Shown here in pieces: positions 18,613-30,631 of a stretch of 61,574 bases of DNA. Where the stretch lies: contig JADGQX010000003.1 in the NCBI GenBank assembly GCA_017881445.1, forward strand, positions 1 through 61,574, read 5' to 3'. The notes beneath the pieces are model-generated. The model saw nothing but the letters and a program-made list of their open reading frames with translations. It did no database searches and was not told where the DNA came from. This stretch comes from Gemmatimonadota bacterium (GTDB lineage: Bacteria; Gemmatimonadota; Gemmatimonadetes; Longimicrobiales; RSA9). The first letter of the stretch is position 1, and each line of letters starts with the position of its first letter. The translations under genes were made by a program, and so were the position numbers.

Positions 18613-20406
18613 TCAGTAGTTCGCCGCCGCCCGCACTGCGCTCGCCGGCTTGCCCAGATCGGCGAGCAACTCGGGCGCGACGATCGCGAGCGGTGTGGTG
18701 CCGTAGGACAGCAATCGATCGTGGAAGTCGTGCAGCGAACCGCGATTGCCCAGCCTGAGCATATATTCGGCGAGCAGGTTCTCGACCTGGAGGCGCCCCA
18801 CGGTGTACGCGATGACGTAGCCAGGCCCGGTCGCGATCCCCGCCACGGCCGCCTCGGCGGCCTCCTTCGTGAATCCCGTCTGCGCCGCAAAGAAATCGAC
18901 CGCCTGCGCGTAGGTCCATTCGCCGCTCGCCAGCTTCGGGTCGACGATCGCGCGTGCGCCGCGCACGCGCTCCCAGCGCGCCGTGAACAGGCGGGCATCC
19001 AGATTCGTTCCGTACAGCCCCAGGCGCACGAACATCTCTTCGCCGTAGAACGCCCAGCCCTCTGCAAACGCGCCCGAGGACTGGATCTTACGGATGAAAT
19101 CCGGATGGCGCTTGGCGATGGACAGCTGCAGGAAATGGCCCGGCATTGCCTCGTGTGCCGCCGTGGAGATGATGCGGTCGTGATCGAAGTCCTCGTTCAT
19201 ATCCAGTCGCGCGGCTGCTTCTTCCAGCGAGCGAGGAGGCGTGATGAAGTAGTAACCGGTGGTGGAGCTCTCGAATAGCCGCGGCGGATTCATCGACGCG
19301 CCGGGCGAGACCGGCTGGAGGAAGGATGGCGTCTCCACCACCTGCATCGTGCCGAGCCAGCCGGGCACGGTCACGACGTCCTCATCCGCCACGAACTTGC
19401 GCAGCTCCGCGATCCGGTCGCGGTAGTAGTCGATCAGGGCCGGACCACCCGGCGCCATGCCTCCGCCGCTGGCCGCTCCGAGCGGCAGAGACAGGCGCTT
19501 CGAGATCGAGACCAGCCATGCCTCCTCCGCCCACCCGTGCGCGAGCTCGTCCTGGCCCATGCGCTCGATATCGGTGGCGTCGAAAGGCAACAGCTGCTCC
19601 TCCTTCAACATGCGGTCGTACGCCTTGCGCCCAATCGCGTAGTTCTCGGGCCACGACGACACGTGGGCGTCGATGTAGCGTTGCAGCTCCGCCAGCGCTG
19701 CCGCCGCGGCCGTGCGTGCCTGCGCGAACCGGGCGAAAGCCGGGCTGGTCGCGCCGAGCTGGCTCCTGGCGGCGTCCGTCAACGGTCCGTTCAAGAAGTC
19801 CGGTGCGCCGGCCAGCTGCTTGCTGCCGATCACCCCGAACAGGTGACACGGCAACGTCACCAGCGGCCGCGAGGCCGCGATGTACGCGGGCGTCCTTGAG
19901 AGTCGCGCGCTGATGTCATCCCAGGCCCTGGCGAGGTCGGCCGGCGTCGCGCCGTCCTGACCCACGACGGGCAGGTGCTGGAACTGGGTGAAGATGGCGC
20001 CAACGACGTTGTTCCCGGACGCGCTGTAGTCCTTGCGGTCGAACAGGTAGATGCGCAGCGAATTCAATTGCTGGGCAAGCTGAGCGGCGAGGAGGGTGGC
20101 GTCGTCACGATCGACCAGCGACGTGGAAGAGTCGAAACGAGCTGTCACGACATTGAGCTGACTCTGCCAATCCGTGAGCCGCTTGCTGTAGTTCGCCCGG
20201 TCCGCCTCGCTCGGCGACTCGAGCTCCCCATCGTGGCCGGCAATTCCGAGGGCCGTGGCCTGCATCGGGCGCAGGCGCGCCGTCGTGTACACGAAGTCCT
20301 GAGCCAGAGCCGTGAGCCTGTCGTGGACGGAGGCCTGGGCCTGAAGCCGAAGCGGGCTCGCCGCGAGAGCCACCACGCCTAGCACGACCGTGTGCAGCTT
20401 GCGCAT
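18613..20406 (-). CDS. DUF885 family protein (putative secreted metallopeptidase-like)
   Basis: ATG 20406 (MRKLHTVVLGVVALAASP, AAGGA Shine-Dalgarno); the alternative ATG is at 20421. It contains an HEAMPGH motif characteristic of DUF885. Confidence 0.75.
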   Translation of the reverse strand: MRKLHTVVLGVVALAASPLRLQAQASVHDRLTALAQDFVYTTARLRPMQATALGIAGHDGELESPSEADRANYSKRLTDWQSQLNVVTARFDSSTSLVDRDDATLLAAQLAQQLNSLRIYLFDRKDYSASGNNVVGAIFTQFQHLPVVGQDGATPADLARAWDDISARLSRTPAYIAASRPLVTLPCHLFGVIGSKQLAGAPDFLNGPLTDAARSQLGATSPAFARFAQARTAAAAALAELQRYIDAHVSSWPENYAIGRKAYDRMLKEEQLLPFDATDIERMGQDELAHGWAEEAWLVSISKRLSLPLGAASGGGMAPGGPALIDYYRDRIAELRKFVADEDVVTVPGWLGTMQVVETPSFLQPVSPGASMNPPRLFESSTTGYYFITPPRSLEEAAARLDMNEDFDHDRIISTAAHEAMPGHFLQLSIAKRHPDFIRKIQSSGAFAEGWAFYGEEMFVRLGLYGTNLDARLFTARWERVRGARAIVDPKLASGEWTYAQAVDFFAAQTGFTKEAAEAAVAGIATGPGYVIAYTVGRLQVENLLAEYMLRLGNRGSLHDFHDRLLSYGTTPLAIVAPELLADLGKPASAVRAAANY

Positions 20407-20705
20407 TCGATAATCCTTCATGAAGAGGTCTTCCGGCTCCTCAACGTGAAACGGTGCGCCCCGCCGAATGTTCCCCTACCGCTTCGAGACTCGTGCCGCG
20501 GGCACGCACCGACTCATCCGCTTCCGGCCTGGCCGCGCTTCGCTCACCCAGCCGCATTCGTGAACGATCCTTCACGCGCGCATCACGGTCCCTTCATCGG
20601 GGCGATGCCATTGTAGCGCGTTCGCAGACGCGGCCCGGATCCCGGGGGGGCCGGCCGCCGCGTTGACCTGCGCCTCTCGCCAGCGGTCGTTTGCCGCCGT
20701 AAGGC

Positions 20706-21227
20706 ATGGACGAAAGCCCAATTCGCAGGATTCAGCCGACGCGCTGGAAGTACGCCCTGGCGGCCGCCGTCCTCGCGGCGCTGGGCGTGTACTCCCGGGT
20801 GCGTCCGGCGGCGCCTGACCAGCCGGTCGCCTTTGCGCACTCGGTCCACCTGAAGGCCGGCGTGAAGTGCGCGGGCTGCCACCGCGACGCCGCCAGCTCT
20901 CCGCAGGCCGGCCTCCCCGGCGTAAAGGAGTGCGCGCTCTGCCACGCGAAGATCCGGACGGAGAGCCCGGCCGTCCGGCAGGTCCTGGCGTACGCGCGGC
21001 GCGGCGAGGAGATCCCCTGGCAGCGGGTCTATTCCTTCCCCGCGTCCGCGTACGTGCGTTTCCGCCACGACATGCACGTGCGGGGCGGCATCGCCTGCTC
21101 CACCTGCCATGGCGATCTGCGGCAGGCGGGCACGGCGCGGGTGTGGAAGCCCTTCAACATGGGCGTCTGCCTGACCTGCCACCGGGAGCACGGCGCCGGC
21201 ACGGAGTGCGAGCAATGTCACTACTGA
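20706..21227 (+). CDS. actA: pentaheme cytochrome c, ActA-like (Alternative Complex III)
   Basis: An N-terminal TM segment is followed by five CXXCH motifs (CAGCH, CALCH, CSTCH, CLTCH, CEQCH). Confidence 0.8.
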   Translation: MDESPIRRIQPTRWKYALAAAVLAALGVYSRVRPAAPDQPVAFAHSVHLKAGVKCAGCHRDAASSPQAGLPGVKECALCHAKIRTESPAVRQVLAYARRGEEIPWQRVYSFPASAYVRFRHDMHVRGGIACSTCHGDLRQAGTARVWKPFNMGVCLTCHREHGAGTECEQCHY

Positions 21228-21300
21228 CGACCGCCCTGCATGGGCCGGTGAGCGTTCTCGCGATGCGCGGACCGGCCGCCGCGCCGCTTCGGAGAAGCCC

Positions 21301-23544
21301 ATGAGTGATCCGTCCTCCCTGCCGCGCCGGGACTTCATCAAGCTCGCGCTGGTCGGCTCGGCAGGCGTGGCTGCGGCGGCCTGCAGTCCCCACGGCCGCG
21401 AGCTGGCGCCGCTGCTCGTCCCCGAGGAGCAGCTCCCGTCGGGGGAGGCGTACTGGAGCCGGGGACTCTGCCGGCAGTGCGACGCGGGCTGCGGCGTGCT
21501 GGTCAAGCGCATGGAAGCCATCGTGCCCCTGACGGTGGGCGGCAAACCATTCCGCCAGTCCCGCCTGGTCGCCAAGAAGCTGGAGGGCAACCCGGATCAT
21601 CCGCTGAATCGCGGCAGCCTGTGCGCGCGCGGGCAGGCCGGGCTGGAAGAGACGTATCATCCGCTGCGCCTGGGCACGCCCATGCGCCGCACCGGCTCCC
21701 GCGGCAGCGGCCATTTCCAGCCGGCGAGCTGGAAGGACGCGCTGGCCGCGCTGCAACAGAAGCTGGCGGCGGCCGGCGCGGGAGAGGTGGGCTGGCTCGG
21801 CCGACCGCTGCGCGGCACAGAGGCCGAGGTGGTCGGCGACTGGTTGCAGCAGCGCGGTGCCCGCCGGTGGGAGTACCAGGCGTTGCCCGCGCCCCGGGCG
21901 GTGGCGGATGCGGCGCGGCTGGCGCGCCTGCCGGATGCGGATTTCCTGCTGTCCTTCGGCAATTTCCTGGAAAGCTGGCCCGCCCAGACCGCCACGACCC
22001 GCGCCTACGCCCAGTTCCGGCGGGCGGGCCGCGGCCCGTTCGTCCAGGTCGAGCCCCGGCTGTCGCTCACCGCGGCCAATGCCGACCGCTGGATCGCGGT
22101 CCGGCCGGGCACGGAAGGCGTGTTCGCCCTGGGTGTCGCGGCGCAGCTTCTGGCATCCTTCGGCGGGCGGCTGTCGTCGGGCGGGGCGAGCTTGCTGCCG
22201 GCCTGGCTGCAGGCGTACACGCCCGCCCAGGTCCATGCGGTCTGTGATGTCCCCGCCCCGCAGGTGGTCCGGATCGGGAAGGCGCTCGCCGCCGCCCGCC
22301 GTCCGCTGGTCGTGGGCGGGCCCGCCGCTTACGCCTATCCGCACGCGGAATTCCAGGCCAACGCCATCCAGTATCTCGCCTCGCTGACCGAGGAGGTGGC
22401 GGCAACGACCGGCCTCGCCTCGGCGCCACCCGAGGAGAATCGGCCGGCAGCTTTGACGCCTGCGGCGCTCCACCCCGCCGGCGGCCTGGCGGCCGTGGCC
22501 TTGACGGCGCCGCTGCCGCCGGCGCCGCGGTTGCTGATCGTGCACCAGTCGAATCCGGTCTTCTCGGCCCCGCCCGGTTGGGGACTCGGCGCCTGGCTGC
22601 AATCGATCCCCGAGATCGTGGTGCTGGGCACTCTCCCGGACGAGACCGTGCTGCAGGCGGACCTGGTGCTGCCGCTTTCGACCACCCTCGAAAGTTGGGC
22701 CGACGACGAGCGCCTTTCCAGCGACGGCCAGCCGATCGCCACCCTGAACCCGCCCGCGATGCACCCGCTGCACGATACGCGGTCGCTGCTGCAGATCATC
22801 ACCGAGCTCGCCGGGCCAGTATCGCCTTCTTCCGTCGGCGGGAACGACGCACAGCTGCCCGGCGACGCGGCGGAGGCGGCCATCCAGCGGCACTGGCAGC
22901 GGTTGCAGGAGCTGAACGCCCCCGGCCAGCCGTTCCCGACCTTCTGGGAGGCGGCCGTCCAGCGCGGCGGCGTCTGGTCGGCCGGTGCCGCACGCCCCGC
23001 GGCCGCGGCGCCGGGCGCGGCGCTCCAGGCGGGGCTGAGCGCGCTCGCCGCTGCGCCTGCGCCTGCGCCGGCAACGCCGTCAGCGGACTACCCGTACCAC
23101 CTGCGCCTGTACGAGTCCCCGGTCTTCGGGGGCGACGGCAGCGGCAGTTGGCTGAGCTGGCTGCAGGAGCTGCCCGATCCCACGACCTCGGCCATGTGGT
23201 CCAGCTGGGTCGAGATCCACCCTCAGCTGGCGGAGCGGCTGGGGCTGAAGCAGGGCGACGGCGTCTGGGTGGAATCCCGCGCGGGCAGGATCGAGCTGCC
23301 GGTCTTCCTCTTTCCCGGCCTGCACCCCGGGACCGTGGCCGTTCCCGCGGGCCAGGGGCACTCCGCCGGCGACGCGCCCAGCAACCGGGGCGCCAATGCA
23401 TACGCGCTGCTCGACGCGGAGCACGATCCGGAAACGGGCACTCTCGCCTGGGAAGCGACGCACGTGAAGCTCACGCCGTCCGGCCGCCGGCTGGCGCTGC
23501 CGCTGTTCGGTCGCAGCCTGCAGCAAGCCATCACTCACCGCTGA
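21301..23544 (+). CDS. actB1: molybdopterin-oxidoreductase-like subunit, ActB1-like
   Basis: Tat signal SLPRRDFIKLALVG, MopB-fold length (747 aa) and a CRQCDAGCG motif near the N-terminus. Confidence 0.8.
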   Translation: MSDPSSLPRRDFIKLALVGSAGVAAAACSPHGRELAPLLVPEEQLPSGEAYWSRGLCRQCDAGCGVLVKRMEAIVPLTVGGKPFRQSRLVAKKLEGNPDHPLNRGSLCARGQAGLEETYHPLRLGTPMRRTGSRGSGHFQPASWKDALAALQQKLAAAGAGEVGWLGRPLRGTEAEVVGDWLQQRGARRWEYQALPAPRAVADAARLARLPDADFLLSFGNFLESWPAQTATTRAYAQFRRAGRGPFVQVEPRLSLTAANADRWIAVRPGTEGVFALGVAAQLLASFGGRLSSGGASLLPAWLQAYTPAQVHAVCDVPAPQVVRIGKALAAARRPLVVGGPAAYAYPHAEFQANAIQYLASLTEEVAATTGLASAPPEENRPAALTPAALHPAGGLAAVALTAPLPPAPRLLIVHQSNPVFSAPPGWGLGAWLQSIPEIVVLGTLPDETVLQADLVLPLSTTLESWADDERLSSDGQPIATLNPPAMHPLHDTRSLLQIITELAGPVSPSSVGGNDAQLPGDAAEAAIQRHWQRLQELNAPGQPFPTFWEAAVQRGGVWSAGAARPAAAAPGAALQAGLSALAAAPAPAPATPSADYPYHLRLYESPVFGGDGSGSWLSWLQELPDPTTSAMWSSWVEIHPQLAERLGLKQGDGVWVESRAGRIELPVFLFPGLHPGTVAVPAGQGHSAGDAPSNRGANAYALLDAEHDPETGTLAWEATHVKLTPSGRRLALPLFGRSLQQAITHR

Positions 23545-23548
23545 TGCC

Positions 23549-24321
<773 letters not shown>

Positions 24322-24325
<4 letters not shown>

Positions 24326-25692
24326 ACGCCACCAGCCCGGCCGCCGCGCCCATATCCATCGCCCCGGGGCGGGAGGCGCCCCTCCTGCGCCCCATGCTCG
24401 TCACCGGCCGGGCGTACAAGCATATGGTCATCCTGCTGACCGGGGTGATCTCCTGGGGTGCGTTCTGCTTCATCTACCAGGGCTTCATCGGTCTGGGCCT
24501 GACCGGGCTCCGGCGCCCGGTCTTCTGGGCATTCTTCATCACCGATTTCGTCTTCTGGATCGGGATCAGTCACGCGGGCACGCTCATCTCGGCCATCCTG
24601 CGCCTCAGCAGCGCGAGCTGGCGCTACCCCGTCACGCGGGCCGCCGAGGCGATCACGGTCTTCGCCCTCGGGATCGGCGGCGTCTTCCCCATCGTCCACC
24701 TGGGCCGGCCCTGGCTGTTCTTCTGGCTGGCGCCCTACCCCAACGCGCGCATGATCTGGCCGAATTTCCGCTCGCCGCTGGAGTGGGACTTCTTCGCCAT
24801 CTCCACCTACCTCACGGGCAGCGCGCTCTACCTGTTCCTGCCCATGCTGCCCGATCTGGCGCTGGCGCGCGATCGCAGCCAGGGTTGGCGGCACCGGCTT
24901 TACCGTTTCCTCGCCATGAGCTGGCAGGGCACGCAGCAGCAATGGCACCGCCTGGAGCTGGCCATCCAGCTCATGGCGGCGGTCGTCATCGCCATCGCGG
25001 TCTCGGTTCACACGATCGTGAGCTGGGACTTCTCCATGGCCATCGTGCCCAGCTGGCATTCCACGATCTTCGGGCCGTACTTCGTCGCCGGCGCGATCTT
25101 CAGCGGGATTGCCGCCCTGATCCTGATCATGGCGATCCTGCGCCGGGTGTACCACCTGGAGGATTACCTGCAGCCGAAGCACTTCAACAACCTGGCCAAG
25201 CTGCTGCTGACCATGACGCTGCTGTGGGGCTACTTCGTATTCGCCGAATCGATCACCACGTGGTACGGCAATCTGCCGGCCGAGATGCCGGCGTTCTGGA
25301 GCAAGATCAGCGGGCACTATGCCCCCCTGTTCTGGGCGATGGTCCTCTGCAACTTCGTCATCCCATTCCCCATCCTGGCGATCAAGCGCCTGCGCACCAT
25401 TACCGGGATGGTGATCGCCTCGATCACGATCCTGATCGGGATGTGGCTGGAGCGATTCCTGATCGTCGTGCCGGGGGCCGCTACCCAGCGGTTCGCCTTC
25501 GACAATTGGTACGGATACTTCCCACACTGGACCGAGATCAGCATCTCGCTGGCCACGCTGGCGGCCATGGCCCTGCTCTACATGGTCTTCTCCAAGCTGT
25601 TCCCCATCATCTCGATCTGGGACGTGGTCGGGCAGGCCCCGGCGCCCACGGGCGAGGGGATTGCCGAACCCGGTCCGGGAGGCGCGCCATGA
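24322..25692 (+). CDS. actC: NrfD/PsrC-like quinol-interacting membrane subunit, ActC-like
   Basis: ATG 24322 overlaps the actB2 stop (ATGA). The protein has about 10 TM helices. The listed ORF 24124..25692 has a noise N-terminus. Confidence 0.85.
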
Positions 25693-26180
25693 TCGAGGTC
25701 AGCCTGCGGCTCTCCTGGGACCACGACCTGGCCGGCGTGGTGAAGCGGCTGGAGGCAGGCGGCGTTCCCAGCCGGGAGGTCAACGTCCTGAGCCGCGTGC
25801 CCTTGCCGGAGTCCGTGTTTCCCGCGAACCCCAGCCGCATGTCGTTGATCGGCGTGATCGGCGCGCTGCTGGGCTTCAGCGTGGCGGTGGCATTCCTGGT
25901 GGCGGTGACCGTCAGCTACGGGCTGCGTACCGGCGGCATGCCCCTGATCGCTCCACTGCCGCTAGGCGTGATCACCTACGAGATGACGCTGCTGGCGTCG
26001 ATTCTGGCCATGCTGGTGACGCTGTTCGTGCGTGCCCGGCTGGGTCCGTGGCGGCGGGTGCCCGAGCACCCGGAGCTGGATTACGGGGAAGTGATCATCA
26101 GTGTCACCTGTGCGGATCTCGCCCAGGCACAACGGGCACGGGAGATCCTCGCCGGGGTGGCGGCAGGCCGAGCAGCATAG
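25689..26180 (+). CDS. actD: DUF3341/ActD-like membrane subunit
   Basis: ATG 25689 overlaps the actC stop. MIEVSLRLSW... forms a soluble N-terminal domain followed by two TM helices. It is the only credible part of track ORF 24108..26180. Confidence 0.7.
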   Translation: MIEVSLRLSWDHDLAGVVKRLEAGGVPSREVNVLSRVPLPESVFPANPSRMSLIGVIGALLGFSVAVAFLVAVTVSYGLRTGGMPLIAPLPLGVITYEMTLLASILAMLVTLFVRARLGPWRRVPEHPELDYGEVIISVTCADLAQAQRAREILAGVAAGRAA

Positions 26181-26198
26181 CCGGAGGAAGACCGAACC

Positions 26199-27002
26199 AT
26201 GGCCAGCCAGCCTTCGTTGTCGCGTTGCTCTCGCCCTTCCGTACCGGGCATTCCCGCCCTGGAACGGCTACTGGCGTTGCTGCTCCTGTTGGCGCCGGCA
26301 GGCTACACCGCGCCGGCGGCGGCGCAGACGGTGTTCCAGGAGAGCTGCGCGCCCTGTCACGGCATCCGGGGCGAAGGCGGGATCGCACCCCAGCTCGCCG
26401 GGCGGTCGCTAGCCGCGACCGTGGTGAGCAGCCGCGTCCGCGGGGGCGGCCTGGTCATGCCGGCGTTCTCGGCACAGCAGATGTCCGACCGGGAGCTGCA
26501 GGACCTGGTGACCTACATCAATGGCTTGCCGACGCCTCCTGCAGCGGAACTGCTGCCCTCCCCTTCGGCGCGGGCCCCCGGCGCGCCGGCGTTCCAGGCG
26601 AAGTGCCTGGCCTGCCACGGCGCCGAAGCCCGCGGCGCACTCGGCCCGGGCATACTGAACACCTCCCTCTCGCCCGAGCGGTTTATGCTCCAGGTGCGCC
26701 ACGGCGGGGGCCTGATGCCGCCGTTCCCCGCCGCTATGGTCGGCGACGCCGCGGTGCGAGACGTCTACGCGTATCTCCACCCACCGCTGCCACGCCCCGA
26801 TCCCGGCGTGGTCGATCCGCTGCCCGCCATGCCCGACTATCTCGGCGGCTTCCTCTTCGCCCTGGCGGCGCTGGCGCTCCTGGCGCAGGTCGGCAGCGAA
26901 CGCCGGCGGCGCCTGCGCCTGCGCATCCGCGCCGAAGAGGAGCTGGTGAGCGCGCGAATGCCCCAGGACGACAGTGAGAGCGTCAGGGTTCGCGTATTCT
27001 GA
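26199..27002 (+). CDS. actE: membrane-anchored dihaem cytochrome c, ActE-like
   Basis: GGAGGAAG Shine-Dalgarno sequence. It has two CXXCH motifs (CAPCH, CLACH), each followed by a downstream Met-containing segment, and a C-terminal TM helix (LGGFLFALAALALLAQV). Confidence 0.7.
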   Translation: MASQPSLSRCSRPSVPGIPALERLLALLLLLAPAGYTAPAAAQTVFQESCAPCHGIRGEGGIAPQLAGRSLAATVVSSRVRGGGLVMPAFSAQQMSDRELQDLVTYINGLPTPPAAELLPSPSARAPGAPAFQAKCLACHGAEARGALGPGILNTSLSPERFMLQVRHGGGLMPPFPAAMVGDAAVRDVYAYLHPPLPRPDPGVVDPLPAMPDYLGGFLFALAALALLAQVGSERRRRLRLRIRAEEELVSARMPQDDSESVRVRVF

Positions 27003-27083
27003 GCTTCGCCACGCCGGCCCGGTCGGCGGCGTGCCAGTCGTGTCTCTCGTTGACCCGGCCCGCGCCGGGGAGAGAAGGCAACC

Positions 27084-28031
27084 ATGCTGAAACACATCGT
27101 CGTCGCCCTCGAGGGGGCGGAATCGCACTCCACCGCTCCCCCCTGTGTCCTGGACTGCGCGGCGGAGATCGGCGCCCGCACGGGCGCCGAGATCGTGATC
27201 CTGCATGTGGAGCCGCGGGACTCATCGGAGCTGGAGAGCCTCACGCCCTTCCAGCTCGAGGGCGTCGTCGAGGCCACCGACGAGGCTGAGCTGAGCCGGA
27301 TCGCGCACACGCGCGAGGAGCAGCGCGGGCTCCAGCATCGGGTGGAGGAGAAGTGGCCGGTGCGGGTCGATCCTCAGGTCGCGCGGGGCCCGGTCCGCCT
27401 CACGACCGAGCGGCTGATCCGCCTGCAGCACGGGGACATGCTCGTGGCACGGTACGGCGAGGCACGCTGCAAGGCGGGCTACCTGGCCACCCTCCCGGAG
27501 CGGGTCGTCCGCGAGCTGGACGTGCCGGTCCTGTTCCTGGCGGCGGGCACGTGTCAAATGCTGCACGGACTCGAGCGCGTGCTCGTTCCGCTGGACGGGT
27601 CGCGCTACGCCGAGTCGATCCTGCCGCTCGCCCGGGAGTTCCTGCCGCCGGAGTCGGGCAGCCTCCACCTGCTCCTGGTGGTGCCGGCGCATACGACGCT
27701 CAATGCCTTGCGACACGGCCGCGGCCCCCTCGCCTCCCGCAAGAACGGCGAAGCCTACCTGGACTCGGTGGCGGCACGGCCTGAGCTGGCGGGGATCCGG
27801 ATCGAGCGAACGGTGCTGGAGGGAGTCGATCCCGCCGAGGCCATTCAGAGCGTCGCCCAGAGCGCGCATGCGAGCCTCGTCGCCATGATGACGCGCGATC
27901 GCGGGGCGCTCGAGCGCATGGTCGCCGGCAGCGTCGCCCATCGGATCCTGAAGGAGCTGCGCGTTCCGCTCCTGCTCTGGCGCTCGCCGGCGCGTGCGCG
28001 GGCCGCGAGCCCCACGTCGTCCGGCGAGTGA
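27084..28031 (+). CDS. tandem universal stress protein (UspA family)
   Basis: Two USP-like halves, each starting with I/VLV-x-LDG-type strands. The second ends in G..GALERMVAGSVAHRILKELRVPLLL. Confidence 0.8.
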   Translation: MLKHIVVALEGAESHSTAPPCVLDCAAEIGARTGAEIVILHVEPRDSSELESLTPFQLEGVVEATDEAELSRIAHTREEQRGLQHRVEEKWPVRVDPQVARGPVRLTTERLIRLQHGDMLVARYGEARCKAGYLATLPERVVRELDVPVLFLAAGTCQMLHGLERVLVPLDGSRYAESILPLAREFLPPESGSLHLLLVVPAHTTLNALRHGRGPLASRKNGEAYLDSVAARPELAGIRIERTVLEGVDPAEAIQSVAQSAHASLVAMMTRDRGALERMVAGSVAHRILKELRVPLLLWRSPARARAASPTSSGE

Positions 28032-28107
28032 GCGCGGCGCGAACGAAGCGCGCCGTCCGGGAGGCGGACGGCGCGTCGGCGTGCGGCTGGAGTGCCGGGG
28101 AATCGGT

Positions 28108-29598
28108 TCAGCCGGCCGACGGCGTCTCTTCGGCGGCATCGATCCGGGCCGACCCCGCGGCGCCGGAAGGTGGCGCGGTGACGGCATCCTGCAACGTCGC
28201 CCGCGGAAACACGATCCTGAAGACGGCGCCACCCGAGGGTCGGTTGCCGGCCGTCGCCCTGGCGCCGTGGGCCTCCGCGATGGCGTGCACGATCGAAAGC
28301 CCCAGCCCCGTGCCCCCCGTGGCTCCCCGCGTGCGGGCCTCATCCACGCGGAAGAAGCGGTCGAACACCCGGTCGATCTGGAGCTCCGGCAGGCCGGGGC
28401 CGTCATCCTCCACGCGCAGGACGACGCGCTCCTCGTAGGTGGCAACGCCCACGAGCACCGCCCCGCCGTCGGGCGTGTACTTGATGGCGTTGTCGATCAG
28501 GTTGTAGGCAAGCCGCTCCACCAGCTCCGGGTCCATGTACACATCGGCTCTCGGCGCCTGCAGTCCGAGACGAATGTGCTTGGCCTCGGCCTGCGATCGC
28601 AGCCGGCCGCAGGTCCGCTCCAGCACCGGTCCGAGATCGCCCGCACGCAGACGCGGGCGCAGGACGCCGGCGTCGGCGCGGGCCAGGGTGAGCAGGTCGT
28701 CGGCCGTGCGCGCCAACCGCCGGGCCTCCTCCAGCGCGCTGGCGATGACGCGGCGGTACTCCTCGGGGCTCCGTTCCCGCCGGAGCGCCAGCTCCAGCTC
28801 GCCCTGGAGCGCCGTCATGGGCGAGCGCAGCTCGTGGCTGGCGTCAGCCGTGAACCGCCGCTGGGCCTGGAAGGCATTGTCGAGTCGCTCGAGCATCGTG
28901 TTGAGCACCTGCACCAGCCGCTGGTATTCGAGCGTGTACGCCTGGGCGTGGATGCGGCCGCCCAGCGTGCCGGCACCGATCGCCTCGGACTGGTCGATGA
29001 TCTCGTCCACGGAGCGCATCACGTGCCGCGCGAGCCACCAGCTCCCGACGAACGCGCTCCCGGTCCCCAGCAGGATCAGCCCCAGGAGCACGAGCCGGAG
29101 TCGGCGCAGCATCGCGTCGCGCATCGCCAGCGGCACGGCCACCTGCAGCACGTGACCCGCGTGGGCGGGCCCCAGGCGCACCAGCGGGTAGTAGAGCGAG
29201 CGGATGGGAATCCCGCCCATTCGCTGCTGCGCCAGGACCAGTTGGCCTCGGGCCGCCCGTGCCAGTGCCCCACGATCCAGCGGGAGATCCTGCGCAAGAC
29301 GCCGGGTGCGCAGCAGGCTGCGACCGTCGCTGCTCCAGACCTCGGCGTACCGGTTGATGTCCGGTGCGGATGCAGCTTCCGCGGGCGTCAGCGTCCACTC
29401 GTGGAACGCCATCGTCCCGGAGGGCGCCTCCGTCACGGACGCGGCCTGAACCGACGCGATGTTCATCAGCGTCGCATCGATGTTCGAGTCCACCGCGCTG
29501 CGCATGCCGAGATAGCCGAGGATGCCGAACGGCAGGAGCACGGCGCCGACGGTTGCGGCAACGCGACCGGCTACCTGGGAGCGGAACGTGAGCATCAC
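28108..29598 (-). CDS. sensor histidine kinase (two TM, HAMP, HisKA, HATPase_c)
   Basis: H-box [15 protein letters not shown]-box [10 protein letters not shown] and G-boxes DDGPGL and [10 protein letters not shown]. Confidence 0.85.
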   Translation of the reverse strand: MMLTFRSQVAGRVAATVGAVLLPFGILGYLGMRSAVDSNIDATLMNIASVQAASVTEAPSGTMAFHEWTLTPAEAASAPDINRYAEVWSSDGRSLLRTRRLAQDLPLDRGALARAARGQLVLAQQRMGGIPIRSLYYPLVRLGPAHAGHVLQVAVPLAMRDAMLRRLRLVLLGLILLGTGSAFVGSWWLARHVMRSVDEIIDQSEAIGAGTLGGRIHAQAYTLEYQRLVQVLNTMLERLDNAFQAQRRFTADASHELRSPMTALQGELELALRRERSPEEYRRVIASALEEARRLARTADDLLTLARADAGVLRPRLRAGDLGPVLERTCGRLRSQAEAKHIRLGLQAPRADVYMDPELVERLAYNLIDNAIKYTPDGGAVLVGVATYEERVVLRVEDDGPGLPELQIDRVFDRFFRVDEARTRGATGGTGLGLSIVHAIAEAHGARATAGNRPSGGAVFRIVFPRATLQDAVTAPPSGAAGSARIDAAEETPSAG

Positions 29599-30275
29599 AC
29601 CTCCGAGCCCGCTCGCAGAACGTAGCCGACACCCCGAACCGTGTGGATCAGCGGCGGAGAGCTCTCGGCTCCGAGCTTCCGCCGCAGATTGCCGACGTGG
29701 ACGTCCACCACGTTCGACATGGGGTCGAAGGTCAGGTCCCAGATCTTCTCGAGCAGCTCCGTCCGGCGGATCACCTCCTCGGAGTGCAGCATGAAGTACT
29801 CGAGCAGCTCGAACTCCTTGGCGGTGAGATCCAGCAGGGCGCCGCCGCGGCGCGCCACGTGTCGCAGCCGATCCATCTCCACGTCGGCATAGAGGAGCCG
29901 CGTGAGGTGGGCGGCCCCCCCGCGGCGCACCAGCGCACGGACCCGCGCCAGCAGCTCGTTCAGGATGAACGGCTTCGTCACGTAGTCGTCAGCGCCCGCG
30001 TCCAGGCCGCGCACAATCTCGTCCGACTCGTCTCTCGCCGTGAGAATCAGGATCGGCACGGTCTTGCCGCCCGTCCGCAGCTCGTGGACGATGGCGTAAC
30101 CGTTCTTCCCGGGGAGCATGATGTCGACCAGTAGCGCGTCGTAATCGTTGACCTGCGCGTTGAACAACCCCTCCACGCCATCGTGGGAGACGTCCACCTC
30201 GTATCCGTCCTCGCGCAGCCCCGACGCCAGGAAGCTGGCCACCTTCCGATCGTCCTCGATGACGAGCAGCCGCAT
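29595..30275 (-). CDS. OmpR/PhoB-family response regulator
   Basis: ATG 30275 (MRLLVIEDD) follows GGAGG. A receiver domain ([14 protein letters not shown]) is followed by a winged-helix C-terminus ([12 protein letters not shown]). It overlaps the kinase start by 4 nt. Confidence 0.9.
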   Translation of the reverse strand: MRLLVIEDDRKVASFLASGLREDGYEVDVSHDGVEGLFNAQVNDYDALLVDIMLPGKNGYAIVHELRTGGKTVPILILTARDESDEIVRGLDAGADDYVTKPFILNELLARVRALVRRGGAAHLTRLLYADVEMDRLRHVARRGGALLDLTAKEFELLEYFMLHSEEVIRRTELLEKIWDLTFDPMSNVVDVHVGNLRRKLGAESSPPLIHTVRGVGYVLRAGSEV

Positions 30276-30461
30276 TCCCGCCTCCGTACCGCCGCTGACG
30301 ATGAATCTGCGGCAACATAATCTGATGCGCTGCCGCGCTGCCACACCTGACCGGAGACCGCGGGAGCATCCGGTCCCCGCTCCCTTCCCACCCCGCTCGC
30401 GCACGGATACTATCCGGCCGGCCACCGCCTAGCACGCGCCTTCGATCCGCCAACCGCCGCC

Positions 30462-30590
30462 ATGAAGAAGACCATCTTCGTCTACGGCCTCCTCGGCGGC
30501 GTTCTCATCGCCGGACTCAAGCTCATCGAGTACCGCTTTCTCGTCGTCGAGCACTCGCTCGAGATCTACGGCGGGCTGGTCGCGCTGTCC
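30462..30590 (+). pseudogene. N-terminal relic of a small membrane protein (resembles the TM N-terminus of membrane-anchored LuxR-type regulators)
   Basis: MKKTIFVYGLLGGVLIAGLKLIEYRFLVVEHSLEIYGGLVAL then loses protein-like composition and runs into the convergent GT4 gene. No C-terminal domain is present. Confidence 0.3.
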
Positions 30591-30631
30591 CTGACACCGC
30601 CCGGGCGGTGCGACCGGCCCGGCGCCCCCCC

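Noticed and set aside
17865-19067. 400-aa ORF as one protein
   Set aside because: Only the C-terminal 237 aa (from ATG 18578) is DUF72-like. The N-terminal 163 aa overlaps the end of the DUF885 gene in another frame and is Arg/Ser-rich noise.
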